Shown here: piece by piece, positions 55,887-64,000 of the stretch
How the letters are laid out: every line of letters begins with the position of its first letter
Position numbering within the stretch: position 1 is the first letter of the stretch
Assembly (NCBI GenBank): GCA_965230045.1
Contig: OZ245940.1
Location: 5,075,961-5,139,960, forward strand
Source of the DNA: Bacteroidales bacterium
GTDB taxonomy: Bacteria > Bacteroidota > Bacteroidia > Bacteroidales > WRLA01
Length of the DNA: 64,000 nucleotides
Direction: 5' to 3'
Made by a program: the position numbers and the translations under genes
Notes under the pieces: model-generated
Seen by the model: the letters and a program-made list of their open reading frames with translations, nothing else
Database searches by the model: none
What the model was told of the DNA's origin: nothing

Positions 55887-55903
55887 CGTTTTTATTTTTT
55901 ATG

Positions 55904-56033
55904 GCAAGTGCGAAAGTGACAAGTAGGAAAGTGACAAGTAGGAAAGTTTAAAGTGCAAAGTCAACTTTCAACTTTCCCACTTTCACACTTTCATACTTTC
56001 ACACTTTCACACTTCCCCACTTTCCCACTTCCT
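55904..56033. repeat. Hexamer-repeat hairpin unit R4
   Basis: Same architecture as R1. The 5' junction CGTTTTTATTTTTTATGGCAAGTGCGAAAGTGAC is identical to the one at R2. Confidence 0.85.
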
Positions 56034-56756
56034 TTAATCCTTAATACAGCGGACAGAGCGCGCGCTTATACGAGAATAATCTGTAATACCGGTATGATAT
56101 TTATTAAAATGCAGGCCCCACGCCTTTGTTCCTGCTACCGTACTTGACCAATAAGAACCATCAGATCCACCAAAATCGAAATAGTCTCTATAGCTGCGGC
56201 TCCCGGCCAATGGCAGTTTGAGCGGCGTGGCAAATTGGTCGGTTATGCCATGGCTGAACCAGCTTAAGCGCTCAGCCTCCCACTCTGCTATGGTTGGTAA
56301 CCGGTAGCCGCTTGGGCATGGATTGTTCTTTCCATTAACACCCTGCCATAAATCGTCGTTTTTCGGGCTACGCCAGTCGTAATATTGCACCTCATAATCA
56401 AAAGATATAAATTTTCCATGGCCGGGTGTATCACTATTACTTAACTCCATTGTAAAACCGGAAGTATGCTTTTCATGTCCATCGGCAACCCGCCCCCACT
56501 GGTATAAATCACCATAAGCTGCTTCATCAGTAAAATTTGTTGCATCTTGTGAAGCTCCCAGATTTCGATCCATCCAGGTTTTGCCTGTTGCATAGTTGGT
56601 AACATCGGAAAAGACCTCAATATCTGGTTCTGATGGAGGCTTAATATTTGCATCATCCGTATCATCGTCATTGCATGAAGCTAATACAAAGCTCACCGCA
56701 ACAATAATAACCAAAATCCAAACCAGCTTTTTTTTATTCATTTCCGAAATTTTCAT
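56034..56756 (-). CDS. FISUMP-domain lipoprotein (Fibrobacter succinogenes major paralogous domain)
   Basis: Lipoprotein signal ending in ASC. Motifs TWMDRNLGA, YGDLYQWGR and NPCPSGYRLPTIAEWE. Confidence 0.75.
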   Translation of the reverse strand: MKISEMNKKKLVWILVIIVAVSFVLASCNDDDTDDANIKPPSEPDIEVFSDVTNYATGKTWMDRNLGASQDATNFTDEAAYGDLYQWGRVADGHEKHTSGFTMELSNSDTPGHGKFISFDYEVQYYDWRSPKNDDLWQGVNGKNNPCPSGYRLPTIAEWEAERLSWFSHGITDQFATPLKLPLAGSRSYRDYFDFGGSDGSYWSSTVAGTKAWGLHFNKYHTGITDYSRISARSVRCIKD

Positions 56757-56826
56757 TCAAATATATTACAAAAGTAAAAAAATACCAGAACACATTTGTA
56801 TAGAATAATTATTTTTAATAACAAGC

Positions 56827-56945
56827 CCGAAAGCTAAAAGTGCAAAGTCCACTCTCAAACTTTCGCACTTTCAACTTTCATACTTTCAACTTTCCCACTT
56901 TCACACTTTCCCACTTTCCCACTTTCACACTCCCCCACTCTCTCA
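56827..56945. repeat. Solo partial hairpin unit R5 (core plus pyrimidine arm only), with no four-helix-bundle gene
   Basis: AAAGTGCAAAGTCCAC followed by CTTTC-type hexamer repeats. The purine-rich left arm is missing. Confidence 0.8.
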
Positions 56946-59900
56946 AAGAACCAATATTTTAACCGACCCAACAGATTCATCGGATTCCAGTTTCAATAAA
57001 TAAATACCTGTTCCCAAAGCCTGCAGACCATCCAACGAAATGTAATTTTCTCCTATCCGGAAATCCTGCTCCACGATTTTTGCGAGAAACCGACCCGTAA
57101 AGTCAAAAACGGAAAGCCTGTATTTTGCGGGAATTTCGGAATAAAAACGAAGTCTGGAGTTTTCATCTATTGGATTTGGCGAAACCCTTACTTCCAGAGC
57201 CGATTTAATTTCTTTCTCATTGATACTTGTTTCGATTTTAATAGCACGGCTTCCAATACGCACATCATCAATATAAACGCCTTCGGTTGGCCGTTGCCAG
57301 GTACTGACAAAAGTCAGGCGCAGACGGATACTATCAGTAGGTTGATAAAATGGCGACAAATCGTATTTGTAAGGCATCCAGTCATTACCCGTACTCAAAA
57401 CGGGCAGGGCTCCCCCGCTCCCAAAATAATCATGTTTGATCCAGTTTTTATTGTCTTTTGAGGTTTCCACAATCAACCCATTTGTACCATAATTTGGCAA
57501 AAGATACCAGGCGTAAAATTCCAGCTCGGGATTCAATCCTGCCAGAAATGGGGGCGAATCGAGCTTGGCCCACATGCCTTTTTCGTAATGCAGCGAATCG
57601 GGATAACCGCAATACCAACTGTGTGTGCCCGAATGCGCCCGATTTGTGCTTATGTGCCAATGATCCAGCCAACCGTGTGGATACCAGCCGTTTTGGCCGT
57701 TTTCCATATTGTCAAAAAAGCCGCTTTTGCCGATGGCCATCTTGAATTTCAAGGGTTCAGTTGTTTTACATGGATGCGTATAGTTGACGTCCACTTCCGG
57801 GAAATCCGGGCTTTGGCCTTCTGATGCTTCCGCGACAAAATAGAGCGTATCGGCCGAATGCGCCGAAATATCTACTGCCTCAAAAAGAGAGGGACGGAAC
57901 TCCAAACGAGCTGAAGGGCAATCAAGTTCAACATCCATGGCCTGCGCATCGGCACTACCGGCATTGGTAAGTACCAGACCAAAGGAATGGGCGCTTCCGG
58001 ATTCCAGGATTTCTGCTCCATCGGCCGTAAAATATCCCGCCAAACGTATATCGGGCTGTACCAAACGGAAATTGACCGGAAAACTGTAATAATGCTCATC
58101 GCCCCAACGCAGATGCATACGGAATGCCAGGATTTTATTGTTTTCCACAGGCTCAATTTGTTTTAATGTAAAAGCATCCTTCAGAAAAGCAGAATCCTTA
58201 AAACCAGCAAGTTCAAGTACACTGTCCTGAACGGCCCAGCGGTCGTTTTCACTGGTGATGCTCAGGCGCACATTTGGGATGCTGTCATTGCTGCTGCTTT
58301 TGAGCCACAGGTTGATGCGGCCATCTTCATAACAATGCAAATCATGTGTATAAAACTGCGTAAAATATTTACTGATCCAGGGTTTGGCTTCATCCGCTTT
58401 TACAGGCAATTCCTTTTGAAAGGGAATAAAATCTTTGGCTGTGATCGTAATCAAAACGGGTTCCGGATTTTCCATATTCGGGATATCGAGTTGAAACAAA
58501 CCCGAAGCATCGCTATTTGCTGTATAATAAATTCCATTTTGCTGCATCAGGCAGAGGCGGGCTGAGATAAAATCAGTATGTGGATTTGTGATGCGAAACC
58601 TTAACGAACCTCCACCGGAAGGAATGGAATCGGGAAGGCCATCGAGCGCAAATTCGCGCACAGGGTTCGCATAAACCGGCATCTCAGGATCGCCCATCAG
58701 GTTGACTTCGTACATGCACCAGCGATACACATTTTCCTGCTGCGCATAGGGAATAAATTCGGATTTGGCATGAGCCAGGATTTCCCCGGCATGATTGAAG
58801 CCTTCATCGAAAATCTGGCGGTAAAAAGCCTGATTGAGCAAATCGCTATAACCGTATTCCGGATTTCCCGGGCTGCCCCAACCGTAGCGGCTGTTGCCGA
58901 AGAATGCCACAGCACCTCCATTGGGATTCGCCAGCCAGTTTTCAGCAATACATTCATAATCAAAGGCTGCCGGCCAGCAACCAATCGAAAAAACAGTGCT
59001 GTTGCGCGGACCGTTATCCAATTGATCCACATATTCCTGACTGATGCTGAAATCGCCGGCGCCCATGCTGGTGTACCATGCGTGCCCATTGTGATTGATG
59101 AAATGGTAGCCTTCGCTTAAAGCCTGTGTTACTGTTTCTTCATTTTCATTTTCATCGGCTTCGTAAAGTTTGGTAATCGGGTCATAATATTCCGGAATAT
59201 ACAGACTGTCAATAAGATTCAGCCCCAAACCGCTGTTTGTATAGGGATCGTCCCAAAGTATTTCTGCGAGAAAAAGCATTTTATCAAGAAATCCCGATTG
59301 TGGGGGATTCTTCTCAAAAGCGATTATTTTGCGTGCCATTGCCCCGGCCTGAAGCGCATCATCGGCGGGCAGCCTACCCACAAAAACCTCATAATCAAGA
59401 GAAACATCATCCGATACTTCACCGTAAATTCCATTGCCATTGGCGTCCCAGCTGCCATCCAGATCGGCAAAATACATATCGCACGGAATATTGTTCTGAT
59501 CTTCAGGTCCCCATTGATATTCACAGTCCATAGCCCAAACGTGGCGGATGGGCATTTGCAGGCTGTCGCCCACCAGCAAAACATATTTCAACCCACCTTG
59601 CTCATATTTTTGTTTGATAAAATTCCTGATTTTGGCCGCTTCATCCTCACCTTCGGTTGCAGGATAAATCTCTTCCGTAGTATAAAGCGCCGGATTCAGC
59701 CCTTTTTGTTTTTTCCAAAGCAGCAGGCTGTCCATGGAAGGCGCAAGTTCTGCAGAAGTAATGATGATGTATTCCTGATTTCCTTCCGGAGAAGATTTCA
59801 AATCAGTATCCTGAATTTTTATACTTCCCGGCAAATAAATTTTGGGGTTGATATTCGATTGGACAATCTGCGGTTTTCCTTTTAAAATCAATCGGATTTT

Positions 59901-60356
59901 GGAATGAAAAAGCATGATGTTTTCAGCAGGCCGGTATTGCAGGGGATAAATCTTTAACAACCGACCCGCGCCTTGCTGCACGATCGTTGCCGGATAAAGA
60001 TCAGCAGAATTATAAACCGCTTCCTCCTTCAGGATTTTTTCCTGTTGTTGACGAACGGACAGGGGCAATGGTTTTTGTGCCGGCCAAATGGGATAATCCA
60101 GATGAATCTGCTCTGTTTCCAAAATACGAATATCCGTTAACTCCATTCCTTCAGGGATTAAATACTGTTTTACAGGCAATTGCGGATGTCCCGGCAGGTC
60201 GTGCAAATAAAAACCGGAAAGCATAATGTGCGCATAATGATCGCGCTGTTCGATTTTTAGTTCGTCCTTTTGAAAATTCAGCTTTACTTCGGTTTGCGCC
60301 AAGCAAAAGAATGGCTGAGCCAATACTATGAGAATGATTAAAATTCTGTTCATCAT
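56943..60356 (-). CDS. Peptidase C25 (gingipain family) multidomain protein with T9SS C-terminal sorting domain
   Basis: His and Cys contexts are FINHNGHAWYTS and VFSIGCWPAAFD. It resembles the 36146..39598 protein (IPCDMYFADLDGSWDANGNG against IPADLYYSALDGTWNDDGDN). CTD is VSPNPIDENS...GIYLLKLE. Confidence 0.8.
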   Translation of the reverse strand: MMNRILIILIVLAQPFFCLAQTEVKLNFQKDELKIEQRDHYAHIMLSGFYLHDLPGHPQLPVKQYLIPEGMELTDIRILETEQIHLDYPIWPAQKPLPLSVRQQQEKILKEEAVYNSADLYPATIVQQGAGRLLKIYPLQYRPAENIMLFHSKIRLILKGKPQIVQSNINPKIYLPGSIKIQDTDLKSSPEGNQEYIIITSAELAPSMDSLLLWKKQKGLNPALYTTEEIYPATEGEDEAAKIRNFIKQKYEQGGLKYVLLVGDSLQMPIRHVWAMDCEYQWGPEDQNNIPCDMYFADLDGSWDANGNGIYGEVSDDVSLDYEVFVGRLPADDALQAGAMARKIIAFEKNPPQSGFLDKMLFLAEILWDDPYTNSGLGLNLIDSLYIPEYYDPITKLYEADENENEETVTQALSEGYHFINHNGHAWYTSMGAGDFSISQEYVDQLDNGPRNSTVFSIGCWPAAFDYECIAENWLANPNGGAVAFFGNSRYGWGSPGNPEYGYSDLLNQAFYRQIFDEGFNHAGEILAHAKSEFIPYAQQENVYRWCMYEVNLMGDPEMPVYANPVREFALDGLPDSIPSGGGSLRFRITNPHTDFISARLCLMQQNGIYYTANSDASGLFQLDIPNMENPEPVLITITAKDFIPFQKELPVKADEAKPWISKYFTQFYTHDLHCYEDGRINLWLKSSSNDSIPNVRLSITSENDRWAVQDSVLELAGFKDSAFLKDAFTLKQIEPVENNKILAFRMHLRWGDEHYYSFPVNFRLVQPDIRLAGYFTADGAEILESGSAHSFGLVLTNAGSADAQAMDVELDCPSARLEFRPSLFEAVDISAHSADTLYFVAEASEGQSPDFPEVDVNYTHPCKTTEPLKFKMAIGKSGFFDNMENGQNGWYPHGWLDHWHISTNRAHSGTHSWYCGYPDSLHYEKGMWAKLDSPPFLAGLNPELEFYAWYLLPNYGTNGLIVETSKDNKNWIKHDYFGSGGALPVLSTGNDWMPYKYDLSPFYQPTDSIRLRLTFVSTWQRPTEGVYIDDVRIGSRAIKIETSINEKEIKSALEVRVSPNPIDENSRLRFYSEIPAKYRLSVFDFTGRFLAKIVEQDFRIGENYISLDGLQALGTGIYLLKLESDESVGSVKILVL

Positions 60357-60561
60357 ATTTAGGTTTAACGATCACATCTATAACAATCTCAAAGATAATA
60401 GAATTCGGACTGCCCGTCAAAATGCAGATTGGGATTATCAGGACTTTAACAAAATAAAGTGTCATTTCCTGTTTAATCCTTCAAAAAACGATACGAACAA
60501 CAAACATCTCACCCGAATCACGAAATATTATAAAAGTCTGTTTTAAAGATTATTACCCATT

Positions 60562-60600
60562 TACAAACAAGTACAAACAACTACAAACACAAGCAAATCA
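60562..60600 (+). repeat. 10-bp-period direct repeats TACAAACAA x3 (plus a degenerate fourth) upstream of ssb
   Basis: TACAAACAAG TACAAACAAC TACAAACACA AGCAAATCA. Confidence 0.8.
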
Positions 60601-60680
60601 GTAAAAACCGACTTCTTTCCATCACTGCTTATAGTTTTGCCTCAGAACAAACCGATTACAAATTTTAAAATTCAATTTTT

Positions 60681-61022
60681 ATGAAAACACTGGTTAACAA
60701 AGTTCAGCTGATTGGCCGTTTGGGGCGTGACCCGCAGGTACTTACATTTAATGATCATCAGAAGGCGGCACGTTTTGCTATTGCCACCGAGGAGCGTTTT
60801 AAAAACAAAAATGGCGAAAACCTGCGCCGCACCGAGTGGCATCAGGTGGTTGCCCGTGGCACTTTGGCCGGATTGGTGGAGAAATTCCTGAGTTCGGGAC
60901 AGGAAGTTTTTGTGGAAGGCCGCCTCATCAACCGAAGCTGGAAAGACAAATTCGGGAAAGTGCGTTTCGCCAGCGAAATTGCTTTGGAGGAGTTCTATTT
61001 GACACGCAGGCAGGCAAGCTGA
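60681..61022 (+). CDS. ssb: Single-stranded DNA-binding protein, short form without an acidic C-terminal tail
   Basis: OB-fold SSB pattern (VNKVQLIGRLGRDPQV...TEWHQVVARG...GQEVFVEGRLINRSW). It ends in ...FYLTRRQAS with no D-D-I/L-P-F type tip. Confidence 0.85.
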   Translation: MKTLVNKVQLIGRLGRDPQVLTFNDHQKAARFAIATEERFKNKNGENLRRTEWHQVVARGTLAGLVEKFLSSGQEVFVEGRLINRSWKDKFGKVRFASEIALEEFYLTRRQAS

Positions 61023-61040
61023 TCTGTCAAGGTGGCTTTG

Positions 61041-61083
61041 GTTATAAACTTTTCCAGAGTTCAAAATTGGAAAAGTTTATAAC
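61041..61083 (+). terminator. Perfect 15-bp stem / 13-nt loop hairpin after ssb (terminator candidate, weak T tract)
   Basis: GTTATAAACTTTTCC (61041-61055) is the exact reverse complement of GGAAAAGTTTATAAC (61069-61083). Confidence 0.45.
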
Positions 61084-61095
61084 TTAGCTGCTTTA

Positions 61096-61608
61096 GTGAA
61101 ATCCGATATGTCTTCAAAAGCTCAATCTTCCGCACATAATATCCCACTGATCATAGGTGCGGGCTTGCTGGTTTTGTGTTTTGCTTTGCACCTGATTCTC
61201 AGTCCGGAGCCGCTTTTTCCGCAATACACAAAAATCGGGGCAGGATTTTGGTTTTTGGCTGTAAGTTTCTGGATAACAGGAATGTTGCACCTGAAGCGTT
61301 ATGGTTTGCCCGAAGGGAAAAACTATATGCAAACACAAAAGCTAGTGCGCAAAGGGATTTTCTCCGTCATCCGTCATCCGCAATATTTTGGATTCCTGCT
61401 TTTTTCTATTGGATTTATCTTTATCGGTCAAAGCATTTATGTGCTGGTTCCTGCCGTCATTGCCATGATATTTGTAATTTTAGGATGCCGCAGGGAAGAC
61501 CAAATAATGCAGGAAAAATTTGGAGATGAATGGACAAGCTATTGCCGAAAAGTCCCTGCTTTGAATATTATTATTGGAATTTGGCGAAAAAACGCTTCAT
61601 CTTCTTAA
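61096..61608 (+). CDS. Isoprenylcysteine carboxyl methyltransferase (ICMT/PEMT-like) family membrane protein
   Basis: Multi-TM protein with GIFSVIRHPQYFGFLLF and EDQIMQEKFGDEW motifs. The start may be the ATG at 61108. Confidence 0.7.
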   Translation: MKSDMSSKAQSSAHNIPLIIGAGLLVLCFALHLILSPEPLFPQYTKIGAGFWFLAVSFWITGMLHLKRYGLPEGKNYMQTQKLVRKGIFSVIRHPQYFGFLLFSIGFIFIGQSIYVLVPAVIAMIFVILGCRREDQIMQEKFGDEWTSYCRKVPALNIIIGIWRKNASSS

Positions 61609-61614
61609 TGAAGG

Positions 61615-62571
61615 TTACATCAAAATATAAACCATATACCCCGCATAAAGCAGCACTAAAATTGTTCCTTCCCAGCGTTCGAGGCGGCGGCCTTTGCCCG
61701 TAAAAAGAAAAATAAACAGCAGGAAAGAAGCCAGCAGGTTAAGCAAAATATCTGTAAAGGCATTATCGGCTATGGCTGCCGGTGCGATGATGGTAGAAAT
61801 ACCCAAAATCAAAAAGACATTAAATAGATTGGACCCCACCACATTACCGATGGCCAGGTCGACTTTTCCGCGTGATACAGCTACAATTGAGGTTGCCAGC
61901 TCGGGCAGGGAAGTGCCCAAAGCCACTACGGTAAGTGAAATAATCCTTTGCGAAACGCCAATCGATGAGGCGATATCCACGGCACTGTTTACAATCAGAC
62001 GTCCGCCAAAAACCAGTCCGGCCAGTCCAATCAAAACAAATAAAATGGCCCGGCCTGTGCCATGTGTTTTTTCGGGCAGTTCATCATAATCATGATGATG
62101 CGCTTTGGCCACAAAAAGGTTATAAACCATAAAAACCACAAAAAATAAAAGCAGGACAATTCCTTCAGAACGCCCTATAATATTGGTCGCTGCTCCATCG
62201 ATCCAGAAATCAGCTGCGATGATAAGCAGCAAAAGGGCAGATAAAAAACTCAGCGGAATTTCAATCCAGGTAGTATTGTATTTCACTGTAAGCGGATGAA
62301 TCATGGAAGTAATTCCGAGAATCACCAACACATTTATAATATTGCTTCCCAAAATATTACCCAGAACCATATCGGTATTTCCCTGAGCGGCAGCCATAAC
62401 GTTTACTACCATTTCCGGTGCGGAAGTTCCCAGCGCCACAATGGTGAGGCCAATGACAATATCAGGAATGCGCAACAAGCGAGCCAGCGAAGAAGCACCG
62501 TTTACGAGACGGTCGGCACCGGCAATCAACAAAGCAAACCCCAGAATCAGAAGCAGTATTTGTACAAGCAT
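61615..62571 (-). CDS. Ca2+/Na+ antiporter (CaCA family, YrbG-like)
   Basis: Two alpha-repeat motifs (GTSAPEMVVN and GTSLPELATS) in a ~10-TM protein. Confidence 0.85.
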   Translation of the reverse strand: MLVQILLLILGFALLIAGADRLVNGASSLARLLRIPDIVIGLTIVALGTSAPEMVVNVMAAAQGNTDMVLGNILGSNIINVLVILGITSMIHPLTVKYNTTWIEIPLSFLSALLLLIIAADFWIDGAATNIIGRSEGIVLLLFFVVFMVYNLFVAKAHHHDYDELPEKTHGTGRAILFVLIGLAGLVFGGRLIVNSAVDIASSIGVSQRIISLTVVALGTSLPELATSIVAVSRGKVDLAIGNVVGSNLFNVFLILGISTIIAPAAIADNAFTDILLNLLASFLLFIFLFTGKGRRLERWEGTILVLLYAGYMVYILM

Positions 62572-62657
62572 AATAACCAGAATTGATACAGCAAAATTAA
62601 GCTTTTCATTCTAGTAGCCTGTCTTTTTTGTACTTTTGATTTTTAAAGGATTTAGGA

Positions 62658-63473
62658 TTGAAAACAAGCATTCATATAAAAGCCCGCGGAAAAGCCCGCA
62701 AGCTCTATTTTTCATCAGATCAGCACTTTGGCGTTCCCGATCGTGTTTCAAGCCGCAAACGGGAAGACCTTTTTGTGCAATGGCTCGACCGGATATCCGA
62801 AGATGCTGCCGCGATTTTCCTGATGGGCGACCTTTTCGATTTTTGGTTTGAGTACGGAACTGTGGTGCAAAAAGGATACGTTCGCCTGCTGGGCAAACTG
62901 GCCGAAATGACCGATGCCGGAATTCCCGTTTACTTTTTTCGGGGCAACCACGATATCTGGGCCTTCCGTTATCTTGAAGACGAAATTGGATTGAAGCTTT
63001 TCCGCAGGGAAGAGATCATGGAATTTGAAGGAAAAAAGTTTTTTCTCGCACATGGCGATGGCCTGGGCCCCGGCGATCACGGCTATAAATTCCTGAAAGC
63101 TGTTTTTGAAAATAAAATCAACCAGGCTTTGTTCCGCTGGGTACATCCCGATATCGCGACAAGCATGGGTTTATTCTGGTCGCGCAGAAGCCGTTACGCC
63201 CACGAAGCCAAAGAACAAAAAAAACCACGTCTGCCCAAAGAGCCTAATCTGGAAGCCATTAAAAAACAAAGGCTGCCTGTTTTTGCAGCAGAGAAACTCA
63301 AGGAAATGCCCGATATCAACTATTTTGTTTTTGGGCATTGGCATTATCCCGTACTATTTCCTCTAAATGAAAGTTGTAACTATGTGAACCTCGGCGACTG
63401 GATTACGTTTTTTAGTTATGCCGAATTCGACGGACTAGAAATGAAACTCAAGTATTTTAAATCAAATAAATAA
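62658..63473 (+). CDS. lpxH: UDP-2,3-diacylglucosamine diphosphatase (LpxH-type metallophosphoesterase)
   Basis: YFSSDQHFG, FLMGDLFDFWFEY, RGNHD and AHGDG motifs. The apparent start codon is TTG. Confidence 0.75.
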   Translation: MKTSIHIKARGKARKLYFSSDQHFGVPDRVSSRKREDLFVQWLDRISEDAAAIFLMGDLFDFWFEYGTVVQKGYVRLLGKLAEMTDAGIPVYFFRGNHDIWAFRYLEDEIGLKLFRREEIMEFEGKKFFLAHGDGLGPGDHGYKFLKAVFENKINQALFRWVHPDIATSMGLFWSRRSRYAHEAKEQKKPRLPKEPNLEAIKKQRLPVFAAEKLKEMPDINYFVFGHWHYPVLFPLNESCNYVNLGDWITFFSYAEFDGLEMKLKYFKSNK

Positions 63474-63478
63474 GTATT

Positions 63479-64000
63479 ATGGATTACATCAAAACCTATA
63501 TCGAAGAAAACAAAGAACGTTTCCTCGACGAACTTTTCGGGCTGATCCGCATCCCTTCCATCAGCTCCATCGCAGACCACAAACCTGATATGTACAAAGC
63601 TGCCGAATACTGGAAAAAACTCATCCTGGATGCAGGTGCCGACAAAGCAGAAGTATTCGAAACCGACGGAAATCCAGTTACATACGGCGAAAAAATTATC
63701 GATCCTGCCAAACCAACCGTTTTGGTTTATGGCCATATGGACGTGATGCCGGTCGATCCAATCGAAAAATGGGATACCAAACCTTTTGAGCCGGTAATCA
63801 AAGATGGCAAAATCTGGGCACGCGGTGCAGATGACGATAAAGGACAGGCATTTATGCATGCAAAAGCTTTTGAACTTCTGGTGAAGCACGGCAAACTTCC
63901 GGTAAATGTTAAATTCATGATTGAAGGAGAGGAAGAAATCGGATCGCCAAACTTAGGCAAATGGTGTGCTGAACACAAAGAAATGCTCAAAGCTGACGTT
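63479..64000 (+). CDS. M20-family dipeptidase (5' part; continues beyond the window)
   Basis: My own translation from the ATG at 63479 is MDYIKTYIEENKERFLDELFGLIRIPSISS...VLVYGHMDVMPVDP...KIWARGADDDKGQ. The frame is open to the window end. Confidence 0.8.
   Translation, partial: MDYIKTYIEENKERFLDELFGLIRIPSISSIADHKPDMYKAAEYWKKLILDAGADKAEVFETDGNPVTYGEKIIDPAKPTVLVYGHMDVMPVDPIEKWDTKPFEPVIKDGKIWARGADDDKGQAFMHAKAFELLVKHGKLPVNVKFMIEGEEEIGSPNLGKWCAEHKEMLKADV

Overview
The window looks like a Bacteroidota-type chromosome segment: T9SS C-terminal sorting domains, a FISUMP lipoprotein, a TAnnTTTG -7 box and moderate GC. All calls come from reading the sequence and the ORF track; no searches were run.

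**1-8.2 kb, scarred integration hot-spot.** It holds a 3' half of tRNA-Asn(GTT) with its own terminator, a GIY-YIG gene and an IS3-family element with an A AAA AAG frameshift site. A tRNA-like relic follows, in which two arms are replaced by GC hairpins. Next comes a decayed type I R-M locus (hsdM, rhuM, truncated hsdS) beside an IS1380-family element.

**8.2-13.5 kb.** An Eco57I-like type IIG R-M module (XRE regulator, nuclease-methylase fusion, second methylase) is followed by a roughly 370-bp MITE-like palindromic element.

**13.6-29 kb.** This stretch carries a C-type-lectin lipoprotein and an outer-membrane barrel. It also carries a GntR-ROK-isomerase-MFS-GH38 mannoside cluster, a TPR/HTH regulator and a GH3 enzyme.

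**29-35.2 kb, defence islet.**
- A HigB-like toxin, an XRE antitoxin and a SecB-like protein, arranged like a toxin-antitoxin-chaperone (TAC) module.
- A GmrSD-like DUF262/HNH enzyme.
- An AbiE-like pair whose nucleotidyltransferase has an in-frame TAA.
- hsdS and rhuM remnants.

**35.4-60.4 kb.** It contains a TetR gene and four large gingipain-family (C25) T9SS proteins. RNase R and a MacAB-like ABC operon sit between two four-helix-bundle gene cassettes flanked by unusual hexamer-repeat hairpin units.

**60.4-64 kb.** Housekeeping genes: ssb, an ICMT-like gene, a CaCA antiporter, lpxH and an M20 dipeptidase.
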